Positions 54,909 to 64,000 of a stretch of 64,000 bases of DNA are shown here, in pieces; positions within the stretch are counted from its first letter, which is position 1, and every line of letters starts with the position of its first letter. The notes beneath the pieces were generated by a model that was not told where the DNA came from, made no database searches, and worked only from the letters and a program-made list of their open reading frames with translations. Origin of the DNA: an uncultured Myxococcales bacterium (GTDB lineage: Bacteria > Myxococcota > UBA4151); the NCBI GenBank assembly GCA_964013405.1, contig CAXGWI010000001.1, positions 50,402 through 114,401 of the forward strand, in the 5' to 3' direction. The translations under genes and the position numbers were made by a program.

Positions 54909-57125
54909 TTAGACTTCTTCGATGCCGTAATGCTTCTCTGGTGAATAGCTGCCGTAGCGCCCATACGTGCCGTAGTAGGCACCGTACTTCCCGTAACCAT
55001 AGCGGTGATAGTAGCCGTACAATCCGCCAGCGAGGACATGGGCGTTGAAGACCATGCCAAGGAGGTTAACCTTCGCCTGGTTCAGTTTCTGCGAGCAGTG
55101 GCGGATGTCCGCCTTCGTGGTCCGTCGGTGTCGCACCACCAGCAGGAGCCCATCCGTTTGATTGCCCAACACCACCGCATCCGTCACAAGGTTCACGGGC
55201 GGGGTGTCAAAGACCACCATATCGTATTGCTCGAGGAGGTGGTCCCGAACATTTCGGAAGGCCTGGGAATGGAGCAACTCCGCGGGGTTGGGTGGGTGTT
55301 TTCCGGCGGGGAGGATGTCGAGATTATCGATCCCAGTGGGCTTGCAGACCTCCTCGGCCGTGACCGTACTCGCCAGCAGGTCCGCCATCCCGGCTTTGCC
55401 TTTCAGGCCAAAGATTCGGTGCAAGCGACCCCGCCGTAAGTCCGTGTCCACGAGCAGCACTCGACTCTCGGACTGGGCCAACGTGATGCCGATGCTCACC
55501 GCCGTAAAGGTCTTGCCATCGGCCGGAGATGGGCTGGAGACCGCCAAGGTTCGTAGCGGGCGGTCAACATTCATGAACAATAGGTTTGAACGAATGGAGC
55601 GATACTGCTCCGCCATGGTGGAGCGGGACTGAAGGCCAACCGTCAACTCCGGCGGATCCGATGGCTTACGGAGCATATTCACCACACCAAGACAGGTGGT
55701 GCCCGCGATCCGTTCAACCTGCTCCACACTTTGGACAGCCGTCTGGGTCAGCTCAACAAGGATACCCAGGGCAACGGAGAAGAGAAATGCCAGTCCCCCG
55801 CCCATCAGGATATAGATCAACTTGAAGGGCCCCACGGGAATCGACGGAATGGCCGCACGGTCGAGAATCTCTACATTATTGGTTTCGAGGCGCAGGGCCA
55901 TACCAGTGGCGAGCAACTGGTCTCGCACCGACTCACGGAGCTTGTTGAGCCCCTGGCGCTCATCGACGAGTCGCTGGTAGTCCAAGGTGAGGCCCGACAA
56001 CTCAATGACCGATTCCTTGGCACGGGCGATACGACCACGAAAGCTCTGCTCTTCCCGCCCGAGACCATCACGTTCAGTTCGAAGATGCGCGATATGGTCA
56101 TCCACCAACGTTCTCTGTTCGGCCAGATGGGCCATCACTTTGTTTTCGAGTTCCTGAATCGACGGATGGTTACCGTGATAATGGGCCCGCTCCCGGGCCA
56201 GCACGGCGCGGGCCGCGGCTAGGTTTTGGCGGACGTTCAACAAGGCGGTCGAACCACTCTTCTTATCTGCGATCACCGCGGCAACTCGAGCACCGCCCTC
56301 AAGGGATTCAAGCCCCCTGATTCGCTCTTCGAGGGCCACCTTCCGGATTTGGACCTCATCCATGGCCTGGTTCAAACGGGCCAATGTCTCCCACTGAAGG
56401 GTACGGCTGTTCTCGATGTCCTTCGACAAAATGCCATTGGTTTCGCGAAAGTCAGCAATCTCCTTGTCCACTCGGTCTAACTCGCCCGTCAGGCGTTTAT
56501 CTTCAGCCTTCAGATAGCGCTCTGCGCCGGCTTCCGCTGAGGTGCGACGGGTGGCGGCCCGGCCCACATACTCCTCGGCAAAACTATTGACGATTTCCGC
56601 TGCCAGAGCCGGATTCCGGTGCCGATAAGTGACGTCGATGGCTCGAGCAAATCGCTCTCGACTCACGGCTAGATTCGAGCCGAGGACATTGAGCGTCACC
56701 CGGTGGAGGTCTGCATCCTCCTTGAGGGGGCCCAGGCTCTCGAGCCACACCTTACGGTTCATCAGATCAAGAGCGACTGCGACACGACGGGCCAAATCCT
56801 CGGAAAGTAGGATCTGCTGCTGCGTCGCAAAGAACTCTCGGGTGTTGTAGGTCGAGTAGTTGCGACTGTTGTCATCCCGCCGCTCGGTCTCCTTCAAGAC
56901 GCTGCGGGCATTCACCTCCGCCAGCACGCTGGTCTTCGCCTCGTAGATCGGCGGGATGCGGCGCACATAAACAAAGCCCATACCAGCACCCAGAAGGGAG
57001 GCCATCACAATGGGAAGCATCCAGCGACCGGTCAGTTCCGACAGCTGGGTATCTTGCTTCTGCTGTTGATCCTTGCCCGCTGGCTCTTCGACGGCCATTG
57101 AAACTCCTACGCCCCTCAGGAACAT
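54909..57125 (-). CDS. polysaccharide co-polymerase / bacterial tyrosine autokinase (Wzc/GumC-like BY-kinase)
   Basis: Two TM helices flank a coiled-coil periplasmic domain. The Walker A is SPSPADGKTFTA. The C-terminal Tyr cluster is YGYYHRYGYGKYGAYYGTYGRYGSY. The start is uncertain (the track gives 57194). Confidence 0.8.
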   Translation of the reverse strand: MFLRGVGVSMAVEEPAGKDQQQKQDTQLSELTGRWMLPIVMASLLGAGMGFVYVRRIPPIYEAKTSVLAEVNARSVLKETERRDDNSRNYSTYNTREFFATQQQILLSEDLARRVAVALDLMNRKVWLESLGPLKEDADLHRVTLNVLGSNLAVSRERFARAIDVTYRHRNPALAAEIVNSFAEEYVGRAATRRTSAEAGAERYLKAEDKRLTGELDRVDKEIADFRETNGILSKDIENSRTLQWETLARLNQAMDEVQIRKVALEERIRGLESLEGGARVAAVIADKKSGSTALLNVRQNLAAARAVLARERAHYHGNHPSIQELENKVMAHLAEQRTLVDDHIAHLRTERDGLGREEQSFRGRIARAKESVIELSGLTLDYQRLVDERQGLNKLRESVRDQLLATGMALRLETNNVEILDRAAIPSIPVGPFKLIYILMGGGLAFLFSVALGILVELTQTAVQSVEQVERIAGTTCLGVVNMLRKPSDPPELTVGLQSRSTMAEQYRSIRSNLLFMNVDRPLRTLAVSSPSPADGKTFTAVSIGITLAQSESRVLLVDTDLRRGRLHRIFGLKGKAGMADLLASTVTAEEVCKPTGIDNLDILPAGKHPPNPAELLHSQAFRNVRDHLLEQYDMVVFDTPPVNLVTDAVVLGNQTDGLLLVVRHRRTTKADIRHCSQKLNQAKVNLLGMVFNAHVLAGGLYGYYHRYGYGKYGAYYGTYGRYGSYSPEKHYGIEEV

Positions 57126-57134
57126 GGTCCCATA

Positions 57135-57914
57135 ATGCAGTCGTCCTCGCCACTCAATGGAAACCGCACCGAACCCATCTGTGAGGTTGGACACCGAGAG
57201 ACTTTGGACGACGAGCGACCCAGGGCCATCCGTAACGGTGTGGCCGTAACGCTATTTATCGGTCTCTCCAAACATTTGGCGGTGTTCTCAATTCTCCAGC
57301 CGCTGGTCGGTTTGGCAGCGGCCGCCGTGCAACTCTTCATCCCCCTCCGGGAGGCAGATCGCAGCCCATTGGGTGATGACGGTATTGGTTACCGGCTCGA
57401 CGGCATCGCTCGAGACCTGCTCTGGGCAGCCGCATTCTTCCTGCTGACAGCCATCCCATTTTGGTTTCTCCACGAGTATTGGTGGGCCTGGGTACAGAAC
57501 CGGGTGCCGGGCCAATCATCGCTGGCGATTCCGGCTGGCGACCTGAGTGTCTGGCTGCAAGTTGCCAGCCCAACGCTTGATTTGGTGGAGTTGGTGCTGA
57601 TCCACTTTCTTGCGGTCGCCCTGCCCGAGGAACTCTTTTATCGAGGCTACCTCCAACCCAGACTCTGTAGTCGCTTCCGTGACCACGCCTTGGCTTGGGG
57701 ATTCCGCTGGAACCATGGCATCGCGCTCACCGCGGCACTGTTTGCCCTCGCCCACTTTATCGGTGAGTACAATCCAGCCCGACTAGGCCCCTTTTTCCCG
57801 GCCCTTCTCTTCGGCCTGCTGCGCCGGCGGTCGGGGGGCATCGGGGGTGCCGTCTTCCTCCACGGCATGTATAATGTGCTGGGCGCCCTACTTTTTGCAG
57901 GCATGCTGGAATAA
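57135..57914 (+). CDS. CPBP-family intramembrane metalloprotease (CAAX protease-like)
   Basis: EELFYRGYL, FALAHF and HGMYN are present. Confidence 0.7.
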   Translation: MQSSSPLNGNRTEPICEVGHRETLDDERPRAIRNGVAVTLFIGLSKHLAVFSILQPLVGLAAAAVQLFIPLREADRSPLGDDGIGYRLDGIARDLLWAAAFFLLTAIPFWFLHEYWWAWVQNRVPGQSSLAIPAGDLSVWLQVASPTLDLVELVLIHFLAVALPEELFYRGYLQPRLCSRFRDHALAWGFRWNHGIALTAALFALAHFIGEYNPARLGPFFPALLFGLLRRRSGGIGGAVFLHGMYNVLGALLFAGMLE

Positions 57915-57959
57915 GTTCGCGCACCCGCCCGTTGGGCATACAAGGACGGGGGAGTTTCC

Positions 57960-58568
57960 ATGTTAAGGATCTTCGATACCAAGCGCCGCCGGTTTGAGCG
58001 AGAGGCTCTCGAGCACCTCAACGCGCTCTTTGGCCATGCCTTGCGTTTGACTCGAAATAATGAGCAGGCAGAAGACCTGGTTCAAGACACACTTCTGAAA
58101 GCCTTCAAGAACTTCGACTCCTTCAAAGAGGGAACCAACGCGAAGGCCTGGCTCATTCGGATTCTGACGAACACCTACATTAACGGTTACCGCCGCAATC
58201 AGGTGGCGAACCGGGCCCTAACTCAGCATGGCGGCGGCTTCCTCAACGACAGGGTTTCCGGCTCGATGGGCAAGGGCGGCGCGAAGGGCATGACCGATGC
58301 GGTGATGGATCGCTTCATTCGCGACGAATTGGTGGAAGCCGTCAACGAACTGCCGGACAACTTTCGCGACGTGGTGATCCTGGCTGATGTGGAAGAGTTG
58401 AGTTATCGAGAAATTGCGGATGCACTGGAGATCCCCATCGGCACGGTCATGTCCAGACTCCATCGGGGCCGACGCCTCCTCCGGGAGGCCCTCAGCGAGT
58501 TTGCCCACAGCCTGGAAGACTCAGGGTTGACCATTCTCGACCCCCACCGTCGGCAGCGCCATGGTTGA
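57960..58568 (+). CDS. ECF-subfamily RNA polymerase sigma-70 factor
   Basis: Region 2 is [11 protein letters not shown]…WLIRILTN. Region 4 is [25 protein letters not shown]. Confidence 0.9.
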   Translation: MLRIFDTKRRRFEREALEHLNALFGHALRLTRNNEQAEDLVQDTLLKAFKNFDSFKEGTNAKAWLIRILTNTYINGYRRNQVANRALTQHGGGFLNDRVSGSMGKGGAKGMTDAVMDRFIRDELVEAVNELPDNFRDVVILADVEELSYREIADALEIPIGTVMSRLHRGRRLLREALSEFAHSLEDSGLTILDPHRRQRHG

Positions 58569-59301
58569 ACCGACGGTCGACTGCGAGAGCTTTCGAGCCC
58601 AGTCAGAACTCCTCCTGACCGGCTCGCTCTCCGACGAAGAGCGCACCACGCTCATGGCCCACGCCCAGGTCTGTCTGGATTGTGGGCTCATCCTCCGGGC
58701 CGACGATCGCCTACGCCATGGTTTGCGAAGGCGATGGGATACCCCGAAGGCCCCCCGTCGCCTACGGCGCCGGATGCGCCGGCGATGGGCTCTTCAGCGA
58801 GGCCTGCGCACGGCCGGCGCCATCGCGAGCGTCGGAGCCATTGGCGCCATTGCGCTCCTGTTGATGCCGGAACGCCAAGACGCCATCGAGCCCCTCCTCT
58901 CTGAAACCCTAGCCATTCATCAGGGGCTGGAAGATCTTCCCCACGACCTTGCCGAGGAGCCTACGGAGCGCGTCGAGCGCTTCGTCAGCAAGCAGTTGGG
59001 GCAAATCGTGAATTTGCCCCACCCCCCGGAACTTGGTCGCAGTCTATCGGCCCGGGTGCACCGAGGCCCGACGGGCGCACCGGCGGCAGTGATTACCTAT
59101 GGCGGTGGGCCTCGGCGCATCACCGTCCTCGCCGTCTCTGAAAACGATGACCTCGAAGAGGACTTGCCCGAACCCGTTGTCCGAGAAGTGAACGGTAAGG
59201 AAGTGCTGATCTGGAAGAAGGACGGCACGGTATTTTCAGCGACTGGAGCTGACGGACGAGCCCCCAACCCCTTCGTGAAGATGGTCGGCTACAGTCCCTG
59301 A
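58561..59301 (+). CDS. anti-sigma factor (zinc-finger, single-pass membrane)
   Basis: The ZAS-like motif is [12 protein letters not shown] helix is [15 protein letters not shown]. Its start overlaps the sigma factor 3' end. Confidence 0.65.
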   Translation: MVEPTVDCESFRAQSELLLTGSLSDEERTTLMAHAQVCLDCGLILRADDRLRHGLRRRWDTPKAPRRLRRRMRRRWALQRGLRTAGAIASVGAIGAIALLLMPERQDAIEPLLSETLAIHQGLEDLPHDLAEEPTERVERFVSKQLGQIVNLPHPPELGRSLSARVHRGPTGAPAAVITYGGGPRRITVLAVSENDDLEEDLPEPVVREVNGKEVLIWKKDGTVFSATGADGRAPNPFVKMVGYSP

Positions 59302-59352
59302 GTGACACAGACGAACTAGACCCGGCCTAGGACCTTGGGCTAAGCCCGGGCC

Positions 59353-59730
59353 ATGGATGCCCTCCACCTCCTGATCTATCTCGACGACCCCTCCCCCTGG
59401 CAGGAGTTCATCGCCGACCTAGAAGCCGGCGGCGCCACCTGCCGCTTGATCTCCGATCATCCCTCCCTGGTGGCGGCCGCGGCAGATGCGGGCCCTGAAG
59501 ACGTTATCGTGGTCGGTCAGGACCGGGTCGAGGACGAGGCTTTGGCCAAGCTCGGGCTACCTGTTTACGGCATCGAAGAGCTCGCTGCCGAGATGGGGGG
59601 GAGTCTGGTGGACCCCTTCGCACCACCGAGTCGGGCCGAAGACAGCGTGCTGGACAAGGTGGACAAGCAACTGGACCGCCTCGAAGCCGTGGTCCGAGAC
59701 TTGGAAGCACGGCGTTCCCGCTCCACCTAA
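59353..59730 (+). CDS. small hypothetical protein
   Basis: A 125-aa ORF with GC3-rich codon usage and no recognisable motif. Confidence 0.4.
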   Translation: MDALHLLIYLDDPSPWQEFIADLEAGGATCRLISDHPSLVAAAADAGPEDVIVVGQDRVEDEALAKLGLPVYGIEELAAEMGGSLVDPFAPPSRAEDSVLDKVDKQLDRLEAVVRDLEARRSRST

Positions 59731-62633
59731 TCGTCGATGAGTAGGATCTCGATCCCGCCTCCGACGGCCACAAAGCCCGTGTCGTCAACACCCGGTACCC
59801 CTTGGTGATACCAACCGTGGAGTCGCCAGACCGGATCATCGCCAAGGCCGAGTTCCGCTTTGAAGCCAGTCGCTAGGGCGCTGAATCCGTAGTCTGGGCT
59901 GAGCGCGCCCTCGTCTTCGTCGTCGTTGCCATCGACACTCGCCCAGACTTGACGAAGGACCGGCCCAATGCGCCAACCATCCCCCAGGCCGAACATCAAC
60001 TCGCCTTTGAGCTCAAACTTGCTCATCCGAGAGATGAAGAACTCGCCATCACCGATCAAGCGCAGTTCACTCGCCCCCAAAATCCCTTCATCAGACGGGC
60101 GCAGGAACACCATCCCGTTGGCACCAAAACCAACGGCGAACTGACCGTCCACAACTCCAAACTGGGCGAGCCGAGCGGTCCCGCCGAGACCGAAGCGCTT
60201 CGTGATCCAGTGCATGCCGCCCACACCAAAACACCCCCTCGTCAATCGATAGGTGCTCCCCCGGCGAGTGGACATGATCTCCCCGGTGGGTGGGAGGCAG
60301 TAGATCACCGGGGCCAGCCAACCATCCCAGTCCGTACTGTCGAAATCCCGATCGGCTCGGCCACGGTGGTTGTAGCCAAGCCAACGCCAGTCGACCCCCA
60401 GGTTGTAGCTCTGGATGGTGTCGCTGCTGCGGGAGGGGGGCATCCAAAGCCCTCCGCTAAGCGCAAGCCGGTCCGTCAGACGCAGGCGCCCCTGGAGACC
60501 ATAGGTCGTCGTACTTGAGTCCGAGTGAATCCGCAGGCTTGGGCTGAGGTGAAGTCGCTCGCCCACGAGGTAGCGGAGTCGAGCGGTCATGGCCTGACCT
60601 TCGGCATCAAACAACTGATAACCCAAGCCAAGCTCTGCTAAAGAAAGGACGCCTTCGGTGCCCCTTAGGAGCAACTCGACCCCACCTTCTTTGCCGTCCA
60701 TGCCCTGATTCTGCAGGCCCCCTAAGCTACTGCTGATCCATAGCTTGGTACTCAGTTGGGGCAAGAGCCGGCGCCGATATGCGATACCGACGCCCCGAGG
60801 TAGGAAGCCCCGGTCGACAGACCCCGGCCCTGGCAGCGAATTACCGCCCTGAATCATGGGCCCCAAAACGGTCCATTGAGACAAACCATCGACGTCCCTA
60901 CGAAGTCGGCGTTTCTCAAGGCTACGCCGCCCTAAAGCTGAGTCATCTTGGAGTTTGTAACGGGCCCGATAACTGCCGCCAGCCTCGAACTGCTGACACT
61001 GTTCGGCCGCTATATAGTTGGGCTTGCTGACTTGATAACAACTCCTGCCCGCTTCTGGAGTGAGGGTGCAGGGGGTTTTACACTTCTGTCCCTCGATTCG
61101 AACGGTGGCTCCCACCGGCTTGCCCGAGAAGGTGACCGCAGGCCGCTTACGGGCATAGATTTCAACCGGTCCATCCATGCCCCCTTTGGGAACCCTCACT
61201 TTCTTGACGGCTTTTGCGAACCGGGGATCGTTGACTGTGAGGTTGTAGCTACCAGGGACCACACTGAAGTTCGCCGGTGACTTCTGCGCAGGCTCTTGGC
61301 CGAGCTTAACGACGACCCCTTCTTCGCCGGGCGTCACCACCCGGACGATGTTGGCCTTCACAAGGCTCCACTCCTCAGTGACCTCTCGCCGCTCTTTCAC
61401 CTGCATGTCGTGAACCTGGCTACCGTAGCCTGTCTTGCTCACGATCACCCGATAGCCGCCTGTGGGGAGCAGCCCCACGAAAGGCGTGCTCTCCTTATGA
61501 ACCTTACCCGGCTCAGCCAGTGACTCGAAGCGCAACTCAGCACCAGGCGGCCGGGTCATGACCGCGACATCCCCCATCTTGCGCTCCATTTCGATGCGTA
61601 ACTCGGTTCGGGTTTGGGGCCGAATCTTCACATTACGACGCACGGTTTTAAACAGAGGGTGCTCAACCCTCACGGCCATGCTGCCGGCCGGTTGTCTCTG
61701 GATAATCTTGGGCGTGATGCCCACCGAGTCCCTTCGGTTTAATGTGATCCGAGCACCGGCCAGTGGTACGGTCACCACCTTCAAGCTGCCAAAGTTGGGT
61801 TCCAACGTCACTCGAAGTTGCATGGGGCCTGCGGGCACCTCGACATTCTGTTCAACGGCTGCATAGAGCGGGTGGTCGATGCGGAGGCGATATCGGCCGG
61901 ACTTGACTGGTTTTTGAAAAATTCCATCGGGGCCAATCTGACCGACGGTCCTGCGGTCGAGCTGGACCCGCGCTTGGGGTGCGTTACAGTCTACCAACAA
62001 AATCCCCCGTCGGCCCTGCTTAACCCCCCCCGATGCTTTGACCACCTCCAAGGTGGAGGACTGACTTCCCCTCCCCCGTCGCTTCTCCGTAATCTGCACG
62101 CCGAGCCCACCGATCAAACGCCCGGTGGCCTCTTTGACCTTCTCCTCACCCTTCGAGGTGGCGAGGCTGCCCACATCATCCAATGTAAGGCGGGTCTGTT
62201 CCACCAATTCGACGGCGCCTTCGTTGAGCCGCTTTAAAGTCAGCGTGACCTGGCCTCGGGCACAATCGAAACGTTGTTCCAGGTAGATCTTCGCCTGGGC
62301 TCGTCGAGCGATTTGGGCACAGCTTTGATCACTGCAAGCCGTCTCCTTCTCCGAACGGCTTGAGAAGGCCTGCATCAGGGTGATCAGATCCGCACCCTGA
62401 ATGAGCACGTAGCGATTCTTGGGCAGGTGGCGAAGGAACTGCTCCTCCAAGAGCTGGGTCAAATACACCATATCCTGCGGGGTGGCGCAGCTGGCCTGGC
62501 GGGAGTCCGCGTAAAAGATAGCAACCCGCTCTCGCTCCCAGCCTGTGCCCTGGGCCTGGGCCCTTGGACTCAAGAAAAGAATCACACTGCAAAGCACAGC
62601 AAGAATGGACTGAAGTCTAAGCTTGAGCATCAC
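59727..62633 (-). CDS. large secreted PEGA-domain protein with a C-terminal beta-rich (outer-membrane-like) domain
   Basis: The signal peptide is MMLKLRLQSILAVLCSVILFLSPRAQAQG. PEGA-like beta-sandwich modules repeat (…RVQLDRRTVG…YRLRIDHPLY…, …VRVEHPLFKTV…). The C-terminal region is Gly/aromatic-rich. Confidence 0.6.
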   Translation of the reverse strand: MMLKLRLQSILAVLCSVILFLSPRAQAQGTGWERERVAIFYADSRQASCATPQDMVYLTQLLEEQFLRHLPKNRYVLIQGADLITLMQAFSSRSEKETACSDQSCAQIARRAQAKIYLEQRFDCARGQVTLTLKRLNEGAVELVEQTRLTLDDVGSLATSKGEEKVKEATGRLIGGLGVQITEKRRGRGSQSSTLEVVKASGGVKQGRRGILLVDCNAPQARVQLDRRTVGQIGPDGIFQKPVKSGRYRLRIDHPLYAAVEQNVEVPAGPMQLRVTLEPNFGSLKVVTVPLAGARITLNRRDSVGITPKIIQRQPAGSMAVRVEHPLFKTVRRNVKIRPQTRTELRIEMERKMGDVAVMTRPPGAELRFESLAEPGKVHKESTPFVGLLPTGGYRVIVSKTGYGSQVHDMQVKERREVTEEWSLVKANIVRVVTPGEEGVVVKLGQEPAQKSPANFSVVPGSYNLTVNDPRFAKAVKKVRVPKGGMDGPVEIYARKRPAVTFSGKPVGATVRIEGQKCKTPCTLTPEAGRSCYQVSKPNYIAAEQCQQFEAGGSYRARYKLQDDSALGRRSLEKRRLRRDVDGLSQWTVLGPMIQGGNSLPGPGSVDRGFLPRGVGIAYRRRLLPQLSTKLWISSSLGGLQNQGMDGKEGGVELLLRGTEGVLSLAELGLGYQLFDAEGQAMTARLRYLVGERLHLSPSLRIHSDSSTTTYGLQGRLRLTDRLALSGGLWMPPSRSSDTIQSYNLGVDWRWLGYNHRGRADRDFDSTDWDGWLAPVIYCLPPTGEIMSTRRGSTYRLTRGCFGVGGMHWITKRFGLGGTARLAQFGVVDGQFAVGFGANGMVFLRPSDEGILGASELRLIGDGEFFISRMSKFELKGELMFGLGDGWRIGPVLRQVWASVDGNDDEDEGALSPDYGFSALATGFKAELGLGDDPVWRLHGWYHQGVPGVDDTGFVAVGGGIEILLIDD

Positions 62634-62710
62634 TGCTTCCCCAGAAGAGCCGCCCCAGAGGGGCTACTTACACCATGACGAACAGGGTCTACTGAAAATG
62701 GCAGCAATCG

Positions 62711-63286
62711 TCACGGCGTCGTCACAGCGGGCAACACTGCCTGGATCTTCGCCACGAGATCTTCCTGGGCGCCGTGCAGGGCCAGTAACTGGCGCGCATC
62801 GTCGCCGCAAACACGAATGGCGGGCAAGCTACAGGCTGTCTCGACATCGTTTTCTTCACACACGCCGAACAAACGACTGACCTCCTGGCTGCCATCTTCG
62901 ACGACAAGCAGCTTTCTGCCCAACTCGGCCTCGATGCGATCCAACTTGGCTTTGGCTTTGCCGTAACGCTCACCGGAGAGTACCACCACCAATCCGGCCT
63001 GCCCTTCCGCGCCGAAAGCCGTACTCAACTGCCGCAACTGGGGACCGCATTGATCACACCAACTGGCGAAGAAAAGAAGCACGGTGCCCGATTGCTGCGC
63101 CAACAAGTCCTGAGACGAGATCAACTTGGTCCCGGTACGGTCCCAACTGGCAAAAGAGGGGCAAATCGCAGGCTGGGCTGACTTCGCTGGCCCACTGGTC
63201 TCCGTCTGGACCCGATGACTTGAGACCCGTGTGGGTGTCTGGGCACAGGCACTCAGCGTCACAATAAAAACAAGAACCCAACGCAA
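62711..63286 (-). CDS. thioredoxin-fold thiol-disulfide oxidoreductase lipoprotein (TlpA/ResA-like)
   Basis: The lipobox is VTLSACAQ. The CxxC active site is FFASWCDQCG. Confidence 0.7.
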   Translation of the reverse strand: MRWVLVFIVTLSACAQTPTRVSSHRVQTETSGPAKSAQPAICPSFASWDRTGTKLISSQDLLAQQSGTVLLFFASWCDQCGPQLRQLSTAFGAEGQAGLVVVLSGERYGKAKAKLDRIEAELGRKLLVVEDGSQEVSRLFGVCEENDVETACSLPAIRVCGDDARQLLALHGAQEDLVAKIQAVLPAVTTP

Positions 63287-63340
63287 AACAGACTCCTTTA
63301 ACGCTGCGCTCTTAGCCTAGCCCAGCCCCTTTCGGGAACC

Positions 63341-63961
63341 CTAGTCAATCTTGCCGAGAATTTGCCCCACCAACTTGGCTCGGCCTTTGAGCTCAAACTG
63401 GAGCATCGCCTTCTCACTGGCCTGCTCCATCGTGGTGGCAAGCCCCTGAAAGCGGACCGGCGGCAAGGGGTATCGTTGCCCCTGGTGACAGTTGGTCATC
63501 GCCGGGCTGAGATGCAAGGTACAGGTAGGCCCCACGAAGCCGACGGAGCAGTCCATCTTGGTTTCAAGGAGTAAGTGATAGGCCCGACGTTTTTGATACC
63601 GGCCACAACTGCGCCCGGCCTCCTGTGCAGTAAAACTCGATCGGCCCAGGTGGGCGACGACGCTACCGGCAACCCGCCGACGGACCTCTGCGCCCCCTTT
63701 GTCCGTCACATGAACCAAGAACGGCATGGCCTGAAATTCCGCTCGAACCTCCTGAGCTGGCACGAGATAGCGACGGTAGAGTCGGGCCACGTCCACCTCA
63801 GCCATCGGACCAGCCACGACCTTTTGCAGGGCCGCCAACTCTCGATATCGACTCCAGGCTTTCTGCAGTCGATCAAAGCTACTCTCTAAGTTCGAGAAAC
63901 TGATGGTTGCATCGCGAAAGGGCCGAAAGGACACATCGAGTTGTGATTGGGCGGCCATCAA
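63341..63961 (-). CDS. hypothetical protein
   Basis: A 206-aa ORF with no recognisable motif. The reading frame may continue upstream toward the window edge. Confidence 0.4.
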   Translation of the reverse strand: MMAAQSQLDVSFRPFRDATISFSNLESSFDRLQKAWSRYRELAALQKVVAGPMAEVDVARLYRRYLVPAQEVRAEFQAMPFLVHVTDKGGAEVRRRVAGSVVAHLGRSSFTAQEAGRSCGRYQKRRAYHLLLETKMDCSVGFVGPTCTLHLSPAMTNCHQGQRYPLPPVRFQGLATTMEQASEKAMLQFELKGRAKLVGQILGKID

Positions 63962-64000
63962 GTCCTGCTGGATTTGTTCGCGGGCGGGACGGCGCTTGAG

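Noticed and set aside
54909-57194. Possibility that the tyrosine kinase and FlhA homolog are part of a recognisable T3SS cluster
   Set aside because: No SctN ATPase, SctRSTU, SctJ or secretin homologs were found in the window. It is treated as an orphan FHIPEP gene instead.
1-64000. Search for CRISPR arrays, tRNA/rRNA genes, IS elements and integrase/att sites
   Set aside because: No direct-repeat/spacer periodicity, no tRNA-like cloverleaf candidates in the few intergenic gaps inspected (13032-13175, 26644-26879, 42922-43005, 62634-62710), and no transposase/integrase-like ORFs were seen. A computational scan (tRNAscan-SE, Infernal) would be needed to be definitive for small RNAs.

Overview
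This window is a gene-dense, very high-GC (roughly 65%) bacterial chromosomal segment with no rRNA, tRNA, CRISPR array or recognisable IS/transposase. The gene content points to a myxobacterium (Myxococcota). Supporting hallmarks are an FHA-sigma54 enhancer-binding protein, a Hanks Ser/Thr kinase, a DUF4388 pseudo-receiver/TPR protein, a GltJ/AgmX-like zinc-ribbon + GYF protein, PEGA-domain proteins, a Cys-rich lipoprotein, an ECF sigma/anti-sigma pair, and a type III PKS 'ftp/srs'-like cluster. Genes are tightly packed, with many ATGA/TGATG start-stop overlaps and convergent genes that abut or overlap.

Main content by position:
- 1-5899 (minus strand): one tightly coupled operon of a GltJ-like protein, two tandem bacterial-microcompartment vertex (BMC-P, EutN/CcmL family) genes, a class II aldolase, a hypothetical protein and an S41 C-terminal processing protease. 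No BMC-H or BMC-T shell genes occur anywhere in the 64 kb, so this looks like a satellite microcompartment locus.
- 5954-10903: lptF/lptG-like permeases, a Ser/Thr kinase and tsaD, all translationally coupled.
- 14441-19528: an alkylresorcinol/alkylpyrone-type cluster of type III PKS, ICMT-family methyltransferase, ACP, fatty-acyl-AMP ligase and FAD oxidoreductase, fused directly downstream of pgpH-ybeY.
- 22335-26017: mazG-murJ-murA.
- 26880-34124: a sensor kinase followed by a coupled GT2 (polyprenyl-phosphate glycosyltransferase) - AsnB-like amidotransferase - hypothetical - ArnT/PMT-like GT-C operon.
- 44945-49074: a polytopic membrane protein coupled to a TM-anchored sulfatase-family enzyme.
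- 51113-57194: an orphan FlhA/SctV (FHIPEP) homolog sandwiched co-directionally between a Wzc-type tyrosine autokinase and a FAD oxidoreductase.

Housekeeping genes (gdhA, guanine deaminase, dNK, leuB-family dehydrogenase, grxD/bolA) fill the rest.
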